In this document: positions 10,325 to 18,232 of the stretch, piece after piece
How positions within the stretch are numbered: the first letter of the stretch is position 1
Layout of the letters: every line of letters begins with the position of its first letter
Assembly (NCBI GenBank): GCA_041687695.1
Contig: JAWLBL010000010.1
Location: 66,676-130,675 of the forward strand
Source: Myxococcota bacterium
Lineage (GTDB): Bacteria > Myxococcota_A > UBA9042 > PHBI01 > JAWLBL01
Reading direction: 5' to 3'
DNA: 64,000 nucleotides
The notes under the pieces: model-generated
Databases searched by the model: none
Told to the model about the DNA's origin: nothing
Seen by the model: the letters and a program-made list of their open reading frames with translations, nothing else
Made by a program: the position numbers and the translations under genes

Positions 10325-11413
10325 ATGCACCCGGCTCGCCTCGAGCTGACCGGCCGCGCCGGCGCCCTCGCGATGGTGGACGGCCGCGTCCTCGACAGCT
10401 ACGCCGGCTGCGACTACCTGGGCCTGTCGCGACACCCCGAGGTGCTGGCGGCGCTGGCCTCCGGCGCCCGCGAGTACGGCCTGAGCGCCGCCGCGTCCCG
10501 CGAGACGACCGGCGCGACCCGCGAGCACCGCCTGCTCGAGGAGGCGCTGGCCGACTTCCTGGGCGTCGAGGCCGTCCTGCTGGTCCCGGACGGCTACCTG
10601 ACCAACCTCGCCGCCGCGCAGGGGCTGGCCCCCGAGCACGCCGCCGCCTGGGTCGACGCGCTGGCCCACGCCAGCGTCCGCGACGGCGCGCAGACCTCGG
10701 GGCTGGCGGTGCATCGCTTCGCGCACCGCGACGCGGGCGCCCTGGCCGACGCGCTGGCCGCGGCGGACCGGCCGCTGGTCATGACCGACGGCGTGTTCCC
10801 GACCGAGGGCACCACGGCGCCGCTGCCCGCGCTGCTCGCGGCGCTGCCGGACGACGGGCGCCTGCTGGTCGACGACGCCCACGGGCTGGGCGTCCTGGGC
10901 CCGCGAGGGCAGGGCACGCTGGCCCACCACGGCCTCCGCGACCCGCGCGTCGTCCTGACGGGGACGCTCTCGAAGGCGTTCGGCTGCGCCGGGGGCGTCA
11001 TCGCCGGCACCGCCGCCGTGGTCACCGCCGTCCGCGAGCGCGCCCGCGCCTACGTCGGCGCCACGGCGCTGGCCCCGGCGCTGGCGCGTGCCGGACGCGC
11101 CTCGCTGAGGGTGCACCGCAGCGAACCGGCGCTGCTCGCCACGCTGCACCGCAACATCGCCCGCCTGCGCGCCCTGTTCGCGGAGCTGGGCTGGCCCGTC
11201 CCGGCCGAGCGGCTGCCGGTCTTCACCTTCCGCCTCGACCCGCCCGAGCGCATGGGCCACCTCAGCGCCTGGCTGCTCGAGCGCGGGGTCCTGGCCCCCT
11301 GCGTGCGCTACCTGGCCGCCCCCGGCGCGGCGACCCTGCGCTGGACCGTCACCGCCGACCACACGGGCGCCCAGCTCGACCGCCTCGCGGAGCTGCTGTG
11401 CGCCTTCCGATGA
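10325..11413 (+). CDS. PLP-dependent alpha-oxoamine synthase (BioF/KBL/SPT family)
   Basis: 'DYLGLSRHP', 'DALAHAS', 'VDDAHGLG', PLP lysine in 'GTLSKAFG'. Confidence 0.85.
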   Translation: MHPARLELTGRAGALAMVDGRVLDSYAGCDYLGLSRHPEVLAALASGAREYGLSAAASRETTGATREHRLLEEALADFLGVEAVLLVPDGYLTNLAAAQGLAPEHAAAWVDALAHASVRDGAQTSGLAVHRFAHRDAGALADALAAADRPLVMTDGVFPTEGTTAPLPALLAALPDDGRLLVDDAHGLGVLGPRGQGTLAHHGLRDPRVVLTGTLSKAFGCAGGVIAGTAAVVTAVRERARAYVGATALAPALARAGRASLRVHRSEPALLATLHRNIARLRALFAELGWPVPAERLPVFTFRLDPPERMGHLSAWLLERGVLAPCVRYLAAPGAATLRWTVTADHTGAQLDRLAELLCAFR

Positions 11414-11420
11414 GCGGGCC

Positions 11421-11990
11421 TCAGGCCGTCGGCAGGAAGGCGTCGAGCGGCAGGGTCAGGTCGGGGAAGGCGACCGGCGTGACCGTCGCGCCAGGCCGGA
11501 GCGTCGTGATCTGCGTCCAGCGCGTGCCGTCCGAGTCGCGGTGGACGACGAGAGCGCGCGACGTCAGGTCGACGACCCAGTACTCGCGGACGTCGGAGGC
11601 GGCGTAGAGCGCGGCCTCGAGGCCGAGATCCCGGCGAAGCGAGGCCTCGGCGACCTCGATGACCAGCAGGGCGGAGCGGGGGTGGTCGGCTTCGCTGTCT
11701 GCTTGCAGTGGCACGATGGCCAGGTCCGGCTCGGGCTCGGACTCATCAGAGGCGCCCAGAGGCGATTGCACGCGGACGCGGACGCTTCGCCCCAGCGCAA
11801 GGGTCAGCTCGAGCTGCAGCTTCTGAATCGTCAGGGCGTGCAGGGCGCTTTGCGGGCTCATCGTCAGAATGTCTCCGAGGATCAATTCGACGTGCTCGTC
11901 CTCGAAGACGCCCAACGCGACCAGACGATCGTACTCGGCGCGCGTCCAGCGATGGCGGGGTTCGGGGGCTGACTCGGTCGACCAGGTCAT
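11421..11990 (-). CDS. Uma2-family (PD-(D/E)XK) endonuclease, copy 1
   Basis: 'VELILGDILTMSP', 'EPEPDLAI', 'LLVIEVA', 'EYWVVD'. Confidence 0.9.
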   Translation of the reverse strand: MTWSTESAPEPRHRWTRAEYDRLVALGVFEDEHVELILGDILTMSPQSALHALTIQKLQLELTLALGRSVRVRVQSPLGASDESEPEPDLAIVPLQADSEADHPRSALLVIEVAEASLRRDLGLEAALYAASDVREYWVVDLTSRALVVHRDSDGTRWTQITTLRPGATVTPVAFPDLTLPLDAFLPTA

Positions 11991-12061
11991 GACGCAACTA
12001 TAGGCGGCGCGTGCTCGCCGAAAAAGGGCCCGCGAGTGTGCAGTCCGTACGGGGATATCGA

Positions 12062-12628
12062 TCAGGCCGGCGGCAGGAAGGCGTCGAGCGGCAGGGTCAG
12101 GTCGGGGAAGGCGACCGGCATGACGGTGGCGCCAGGCCGGAGGGTCGTGATCTGCGTCCAGCGCGTGCCGTCCGAGTCGCGGTGGACGACGAGGGCGCGC
12201 GCCTTCAGGTCGACGACCCAGTACTCGCGGACGTCGGAGGCGGCGTAGAGCGCGGCCTTGAGGCCGAGATCCCGGCGAAGCGAGGCCTCGGCGACCTCGA
12301 TGACCAGCAGGGCCGACGAGGGGAGGGTGTCGGCCGGGGCGGCTTCGGCGTCCACGACGGCGAGGTCCGGCTCGGGCCTGGACTCGTCGAACGCGGCGAA
12401 GGCCATCTGGACCCTGAGCTCGGCCTGGTCGGGCAACGCCTTGAACAGCTTCGTGAGCTTCTGGACCGACCAGCCGTGGTGCACGCCTTGCGGGCTCATG
12501 GGCAGGATGTCCCCATGGATGAGTTCGATGGCCTCGTCCACGAAGAGGCCGAGCTCGACGAGTTGGTCATACTCGCTCGCCTTGAGGCGACGGCGCGGCT
12601 CGGGGGCTGACTCGGTCGACCAGGACAT
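12062..12628 (-). CDS. Uma2-family endonuclease, copy 2 (tandem paralogue)
   Basis: Same motifs as copy 1, with 'DLGLKAALYA'; start chosen by alignment to copy 1. Confidence 0.9.
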   Translation of the reverse strand: MSWSTESAPEPRRRLKASEYDQLVELGLFVDEAIELIHGDILPMSPQGVHHGWSVQKLTKLFKALPDQAELRVQMAFAAFDESRPEPDLAVVDAEAAPADTLPSSALLVIEVAEASLRRDLGLKAALYAASDVREYWVVDLKARALVVHRDSDGTRWTQITTLRPGATVMPVAFPDLTLPLDAFLPPA

Positions 12629-12859
12629 GACGGAGAGTGTAAGCGAGGCCATGAGCCCAGGGAAGGCTGCGCCGGGGCGCGCGGCGGCAGGACATCACAG
12701 GACATCACCCGCTCCGGGCCAGCAAATCCGCGCGCGTTGCGGCGAATGGGCCCCTTGGGCTAGGGTCCGGGCCCGGTGGTGGTGAATGAGGCCGCCGAGA
12801 CCCCCGTCTGTGGCCGCCGCACGTTCCCGACACCCCGAACGACCCCTACGGAGCCCGTC

Positions 12860-14014
12860 ATGCGCCTCGTCCTCGCCTCCCTCGCGCTGCTCGCCACCGG
12901 CTGCGGTGGCATGAAGAACCCCGAGCAGGTGAACCTGCCGTCCGACTCGGCCGTCCGCCCCGACCCGCCGGCGCAGAGCATCTTCGTCCGCGCGTCCTTC
13001 GACGACGACCCCGGCAGCTACGTCGGGCGCTTCGTCCCCGAGGGCCTGCCGACGGCCGAGATCGACGAGAACCGCGCCGCGCAGACCCGCTGCAGCCAGT
13101 TCATCACCACCAAGGAGGTCCGGGCCAGCGGGACCTTCGACGAGACCTTCAACGCGTCCACCAGCGTGTCGGGCTCGCTCGGCATCAAGCCCATCGGCAG
13201 CGTCGGGGGCGGCTTCGAGGGCGGCAACGGCGTGCGCGTGCACTACAAGCTGGCCAAGAAGCTGCGCGCCGAGGTCAGCGACCCGGCCGCCTTCGACCAG
13301 TGCTGCAAGAAGGCCCCGGACCAGTGCTCGGGCACCTTCATCGGCGAGTTCCTGTACGGCACGGGCGCCGTCTACAAGTTCGCCGGCCAGGAGGCCGCGC
13401 TCAAGGCCGACGGGACCTACAAGAAGATCGACGCGTCGGTCGACTTCAAGGACGGCTTCGCCTGGAAGCGGGTGAGCGAGTTCGAGGACGTCTACTTCGC
13501 CTTCCGCACCCAGGCCGCCAACCTGGGGTCGTCGGTCGCGGCCGGCGGGCCCGACGACTGCGCGTGGGCGAGCAGCGTGCCGACCAGCCTCGATGGCGAG
13601 TACTTCGTCGGCATGTCGATGCCCGTGGCGAGCGAGGCGCAGGCCCGCGACAAGGCCATCGACAACGCCAAGCGCCAGGTCGTGAAGTACCTGGGCGAGT
13701 ACATCACCAGCGCGGTCCAGAGCACGACCAACGCCATCGAGGGGTACCTGGACGACCAGGAGGTCGTCACCCACGCGGCCGAGGGCATCGCCTCGCGGGT
13801 CAAGGCCGAGCGCTGGTGCGCCGCCGAGACCGTCGACACCCCCAAGGGCACGATGTACGTGGTCAAGGTGTTGGCGTTCTTCCCCAAGGCCGAAGAGAAG
13901 GAGGCCGCCCGCGTCGTGATGCAGCGGATGACCGAGAAGCTGCAGGCCCAGGGCAAGCTGACCGCCCAGGACGAGGCGACGCTCGAGGAGACGGGCCGCA
14001 AGCTCGAGCAGTAG
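12860..14014 (+). CDS. Lipoprotein with gasdermin-like N-terminal domain and LPP20-like C-terminal domain
   Basis: Lipobox 'LLATGC'; two alternating-polarity beta-hairpin segments ending 'VYFAFR'; then 'W..SVP...YFVGMS...AQARDKAIDNA' LPP20-like pattern. The ORF is secure, the fold call is inferred. Confidence 0.6.
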   Translation: MRLVLASLALLATGCGGMKNPEQVNLPSDSAVRPDPPAQSIFVRASFDDDPGSYVGRFVPEGLPTAEIDENRAAQTRCSQFITTKEVRASGTFDETFNASTSVSGSLGIKPIGSVGGGFEGGNGVRVHYKLAKKLRAEVSDPAAFDQCCKKAPDQCSGTFIGEFLYGTGAVYKFAGQEAALKADGTYKKIDASVDFKDGFAWKRVSEFEDVYFAFRTQAANLGSSVAAGGPDDCAWASSVPTSLDGEYFVGMSMPVASEAQARDKAIDNAKRQVVKYLGEYITSAVQSTTNAIEGYLDDQEVVTHAAEGIASRVKAERWCAAETVDTPKGTMYVVKVLAFFPKAEEKEAARVVMQRMTEKLQAQGKLTAQDEATLEETGRKLEQ

Positions 14015-14028
14015 TCCGACGTGCCGAT

Positions 14029-14059
14029 GGCGGGGCCTCGCACGGCGCGGGGCCCCGCC
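14029..14059 (+). other. Intergenic GC stem-loop within the lipoprotein operon
   Basis: Inverted repeat ggcggggcc ... ggccccgcc, no U-tract. Confidence 0.45.
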
Positions 14060-14076
14060 TGCGCCGGGAGGAAGTC

Positions 14077-15414
14077 ATGAGGTCAGGGCGACTCGGGGGC
14101 GTGGCGTTGGCGCTGGTCGTGGCCGGTTGCGCGCCGCGGGTGGTGGTCCAGCAGGGTGGGGGCCCCGCGAACCCGGTGAAGGCGGACCCCAAGCCCGCGG
14201 AGCCGGTCGTGACGGCCGACGAGGCCCGGCAGCAGGACCTGGACTGGGACTGCCAGAAGGCCGTCCCGCCGCCGGGCGGCTACGAGGCCGAGACCGCCTG
14301 GGTCGACGCCGGGCAGCCGCAGGCCGTGGAGCGGGCCTTCCAGCGGGCCTTCGACCAGCTGGTGGCCAACCGCTGTGAGGGTGGGCGGTCGTGCGAGGCG
14401 CTGCGGGCCCTGGCGACCCGCTGGAAGTGGGGACGCGGGGGCGGGCAGGTGTGCGCGATGGCGACCATCCACGCGCCGGACCTGTCGTGGTACCGCGGCA
14501 TGGTCTCGACCAAGCTCTTCGAGACGAGCCTGCGCGAGTCGGCCGGGGCGCTGGTCGGGCCGAACGCGGCCAAGAAGCCGCGGGTCGCCATCGACTGCAT
14601 CGAGGACGCTGGCGCCTGCGGCGGGCCGCGCGTGTCGTGGCTGCAGGACTATCTGGTCCGCGCGTTGGCCGACCGTGGCGCCATGGTCGTGGACGTGCCC
14701 AAGGGGTGGGGCGGCGCCGGCCTGCCGAACGGCGTCGACCTGCTGCTGACGGGGCGCGTGACGCCGCGGGTCGAGCGCCGCATCCCCATCTTCGACCTGA
14801 CCTGGACCGCGCGCTATCGCGAGGGGGGCACGGTCGCGCAGCGCGGGGCCCCGCCGGTCGCGCTCGCGGCGGCCGTCGCGCCGGCCGTCCAGGACGTGGT
14901 CGCGCCCCTGCCGGAGGGCGACGGCAAGCTGGCGCTGCGGCTGGACGCGCAGCGGGGCGGCAGCCTGTGCGCCGGCGAGCGCACGCAGCTGTGGCTGACG
15001 ACCGACCAGGATCTGCACGTGCGCGTGTTCGATCTGTACGGCCGCGACGGCGCCATCCTGGTCTTCCCCAACGCCGAGCAGCCCAACGGCCTGGTGCGAG
15101 GCGGGCGCGAAGAGCCGCTGGGCGGGCCGCAGGGCTTCGAAGCCGTGCCCGTGGCCGGCAGCGACGTCGAGCGCTTCCTGGTGGTAGCGGCGCCGACCGA
15201 GGCTGGCCTGGGCGCGCTAGCCGCCGTGACCGAGACCTGCCGCGTGGCGCCCGACCGCGCCGCCGCCCTGCACCGCGGCGAGGGGCTGCCCCCGGGCGTC
15301 CGCGTCGCCTCGACCAGCTTCCGCCTCGTCACCGACGGGTGCCCGGCGCCGCCGCCCGCCGGGACGCGCGAGGGCGTCGCCGCCTCGCTCGAGCAGCTGC
15401 CCACTTGCCCCTGA
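14077..15414 (+). CDS. Cys-rich lipoprotein with FlgO/CsgG-like middle region and C-terminal DUF4384-like domain
   Basis: GGAGGA ribosome-binding site; lipobox 'LVVAGC'; 'GERTQLWLTTDQDLHVRVFDLYGRDGAILVFPN' resembles DUF4384. Confidence 0.7.
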   Translation: MRSGRLGGVALALVVAGCAPRVVVQQGGGPANPVKADPKPAEPVVTADEARQQDLDWDCQKAVPPPGGYEAETAWVDAGQPQAVERAFQRAFDQLVANRCEGGRSCEALRALATRWKWGRGGGQVCAMATIHAPDLSWYRGMVSTKLFETSLRESAGALVGPNAAKKPRVAIDCIEDAGACGGPRVSWLQDYLVRALADRGAMVVDVPKGWGGAGLPNGVDLLLTGRVTPRVERRIPIFDLTWTARYREGGTVAQRGAPPVALAAAVAPAVQDVVAPLPEGDGKLALRLDAQRGGSLCAGERTQLWLTTDQDLHVRVFDLYGRDGAILVFPNAEQPNGLVRGGREEPLGGPQGFEAVPVAGSDVERFLVVAAPTEAGLGALAAVTETCRVAPDRAAALHRGEGLPPGVRVASTSFRLVTDGCPAPPPAGTREGVAASLEQLPTCP

Positions 15415-15430
15415 CCTACGGGAGTTCCTC

Positions 15431-16813
15431 ATGACCGCCGTCGTCCGCCTCGTCCTCCTCGGCACCGTGACGCTGGCCCTGGTCGCGTGCGCCAGCTACC
15501 AGCGCGCCCAGCTGCCGACCAAGGCCACGCCCGCGCGTACGCGCATCGCGCTGTCGGTGACCGTCGACCGCAGCGTGATCCAGGCCGCCGAGGACAACGC
15601 CAAGTTCTTCGAGGAGGGCCACACGCCCGAGGAGAAGGCCGCGGCCAACTCGCGCGAGGCCGAGCGTGCGCGGCGCAAGGCCGCCGAGGCCGAGGCTCGC
15701 GAGCTGTCGCAGCGCATGACGGCTCTACTGCGTTCGGAGCTGCTCGACCGCCGCATCGGCTTGCCGGTCGCGCCGGACGCCGAGGCGGACCTGGTCTTCG
15801 AGGGGGTCTTCCGCCACGGTGAGCACGTGCTGCGCCTGGACTGGCAGCTGGTCGAGCCCGCGACGGGGGCGGCGGTCGCCGCCGGGCAGGCGCCGGGCTA
15901 CGGCGTGGGCACGGACCTGAACCCGTACGCCGACGCCGTGCTCGCCAAGCTGCTGACCACCGACGTCGACCGCTACGCCAAGGGCGCCGGGCCCGTCGTC
16001 GCGGACCCCGGCGGGGCGCTGCCGCTCGAGGCGCCGCTGGCGGCCACCGACGGGTCCAAGGCGTGGGCGGTGGTCATCGGCGTCGAGACCTACCGCGACG
16101 GGCTGACGCCGGCCACCCACGCGGCCGCCGACGCCCGCGCCTTCGCCGGTTACGCCGAGAAGACGTTGGGGGTGCCCGCGGCCCAGATCAAGGTGCTCGT
16201 CAACGAGCGCGCCGGCCGCGCCGACGTCGCCAGCGCCATCGAGGAGTGGCTGCCGCGCAACGCCCGCGCGCCCGGCGGCAAGGTCTACGTCTTCTTCTCG
16301 GGCCACGGGGCGCCCGATGCCGAGACGGGCAAGGCCTATCTGGTGCCCTGGGACGCCGACCCTGCCTACCTGAAGACGCGCGGCTACGGCATCGAGGAGC
16401 TGTATGCGGCCTTGCACGGCCTGCAGAACCAGGAGATCTACGTGTTCCTCGACGCTTGCTTTTCGGGCTCGGGCGACCGCAGCGTGCTGGCCGCCGGGAC
16501 GCGCCCGCTGGTGCCCGTGAAGACGCCCGCCGCGCCCACGCGCGTCATCTCGTTCGCGGCCGCCGCGGCCCGCGAGACCACGGGCGCCGCCAGCGACGCG
16601 CAGCACGGCCTGTTCACGCGGCACCTGCTGGCCGCGATGGCCGGCCAGGCCGACAGCGACGGCGACCGGAACGTCACGCTGGGCGAGGTGGTCCGCCACG
16701 TCACCGAGAAGGTCACCGCCGAGGCGCGCCTGCAGAACCGCGAGCAGACGCCGACCCTGGACGCCCCGGGCGTCGACCCGGCCAAGGTCAAGCTGGTCGA
16801 GGCGCTGAAGTAG
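15431..16813 (+). CDS. Lipoprotein caspase-like protease (peptidase C14)
   Basis: Lipobox 'LALVAC'; 'AVVIGVETY'; catalytic His in 'FFSGHG' and Cys in 'FLDACFSG'; 'HGLFTRHLL', 'EQTP'. Confidence 0.92.
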   Translation: MTAVVRLVLLGTVTLALVACASYQRAQLPTKATPARTRIALSVTVDRSVIQAAEDNAKFFEEGHTPEEKAAANSREAERARRKAAEAEARELSQRMTALLRSELLDRRIGLPVAPDAEADLVFEGVFRHGEHVLRLDWQLVEPATGAAVAAGQAPGYGVGTDLNPYADAVLAKLLTTDVDRYAKGAGPVVADPGGALPLEAPLAATDGSKAWAVVIGVETYRDGLTPATHAAADARAFAGYAEKTLGVPAAQIKVLVNERAGRADVASAIEEWLPRNARAPGGKVYVFFSGHGAPDAETGKAYLVPWDADPAYLKTRGYGIEELYAALHGLQNQEIYVFLDACFSGSGDRSVLAAGTRPLVPVKTPAAPTRVISFAAAAARETTGAASDAQHGLFTRHLLAAMAGQADSDGDRNVTLGEVVRHVTEKVTAEARLQNREQTPTLDAPGVDPAKVKLVEALK

Positions 16814-16897
16814 GCGGCGCTGCGGGCGCCGGCCGTGCAGCGGCGCGGGCGGTGCCTATACTGGTGGGGTCGCGACGCGCTCGTCAGGAGTCCCTCC

Positions 16898-17533
16898 ATG
16901 GTTCGGCAGATCTCCGACACCTGGCTCGCTCCCAGGCCCGAGTACCGGGCCGAGGCGACCTATGAAGACTTGCGGGCGGTGCCGGCGCATTTGATCGCCG
17001 AGTTGGTCGACGGCGAGCTCTGGACGTCCCCAAGGCCAGCGACGCCTCATGCGCGCGTGGCATCGCTGCTGGGTAGCGAGTTGATGCACTTCTTCGATCG
17101 TCAGCCCGGCGGACCCCATGGTCCAGGCGGGTGGTGGGTGCTTCATGAGCCCGAGCTCCACCTGGACCGGGATGTCTTGGTGCCCGATCTGGCCGCCTGG
17201 CGCCGAACGCGCATGCCGCGCATCCAGGCGGCGCCATTTCTCGACGTCGCTCCCGATTGGCTGTGCGAGGTGCTCTCGCCGTCGACACAGTACCTCGACC
17301 GGACGCGCAAGCTCGCCGTCTATGCCCGCGCGGGCGTGGCTCACGTGTGGCTGGTCGACCCGCTGCAGCGGCTGCTCGAGGTGCTGCGCCTCACCGGCGA
17401 GCATTACCTCATCGTCACCACGATAGGCGGCGACGACCTCGCCCAGGTCGAACCCTTCGAGGCCGCCGCCTTCGAGATGGCCCGCTGGTGGCTCGACCCC
17501 CCCGAACCGGAGCCCGGGGCGGCGGCGCCATGA
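16898..17533 (+). CDS. Uma2-family endonuclease, copy 3 (different subfamily)
   Basis: 'AELVDGEL', 'LVPDLAAW', 'PDWLCEVLSPST..DRTRKL..YA', 'WLVDP'; TATACT and AGGAG upstream. Confidence 0.92.
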   Translation: MVRQISDTWLAPRPEYRAEATYEDLRAVPAHLIAELVDGELWTSPRPATPHARVASLLGSELMHFFDRQPGGPHGPGGWWVLHEPELHLDRDVLVPDLAAWRRTRMPRIQAAPFLDVAPDWLCEVLSPSTQYLDRTRKLAVYARAGVAHVWLVDPLQRLLEVLRLTGEHYLIVTTIGGDDLAQVEPFEAAAFEMARWWLDPPEPEPGAAAP

Positions 17534-18225
17534 GGCCAGGCGATGGGCGCGAGCGACGCTCCGTCCTGCCGCTGCTGGCGCCCGCCATCGTGGTGGTCGC
17601 GGGCGCGCTGCTGGCGGCGCTGTGGGACCGCCTGCCCGAGCGCTGGCCGACCCACTGGGGCCCGGACGGCCAGCCCGACGGCTTTGGCAGCAAGACCTTC
17701 TGGGGGGTGTACGGGCCGCTGCTGATGGCCGCGCCGGTCTGGCTGCTGGTCGAGGGGCTGGTCGTCATGGTGCGACGCAGCAGCCGAAAGATCGCGACGA
17801 CCGACGCCGACCCGCGCCTCATCGCGGCCCATCGCGACAGCCTGGTGACGCTGCTGCGCATGACGGGGGCGGGCCTGACGTTCGCGTTCGCGGCGCTGTC
17901 ACTGCTGCTGCCGCTGGCGACGCCGCCGGACCCGTGGCCGGTGATGGCGCTGGTCCTGCTCATCGTGTTCGGCACCATCGCCCTGGGCCTCGGCCATATG
18001 GTGCGCGCGATGCGTCGGCTGGGGCCCGCGCGCTCTGGCAGCGCGCTCGAGGGCTGGAACGGCGTCGTCTACAGAGACCCCGACGACCCGCGCGTGTGGG
18101 TGCCGCGTCCGTTGTCGATGGGTTACACCCTGAACTTCGCGCGGCGCGAGGCCTGGCTGGTCCTGGGCCTGCTGCTGGCCGTCCCGATCCTGGTCGTCGT
18201 GCTGTCGCTGACCCTGGCCAGCTGA
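17530..18225 (+). CDS. Membrane protein with DUF1648-like N-terminus and DUF5808-like C-terminus
   Basis: 'LPERWPTHWGPDGQPDGFG' and 'YRDPDDPRVWVPRPLSMGYTLNFA'; start overlaps the Uma2 stop (ATGA). Confidence 0.8.
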   Translation: MRPGDGRERRSVLPLLAPAIVVVAGALLAALWDRLPERWPTHWGPDGQPDGFGSKTFWGVYGPLLMAAPVWLLVEGLVVMVRRSSRKIATTDADPRLIAAHRDSLVTLLRMTGAGLTFAFAALSLLLPLATPPDPWPVMALVLLIVFGTIALGLGHMVRAMRRLGPARSGSALEGWNGVVYRDPDDPRVWVPRPLSMGYTLNFARREAWLVLGLLLAVPILVVVLSLTLAS

Positions 18226-18232
18226 CGACCCC

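Noticed and set aside
11421..12313. Uma2 repeat pair as a DGR template/variable repeat
   Set aside because: The nine mismatches are not adenine-specific on either strand, both copies are coding, and no reverse transcriptase is in the window
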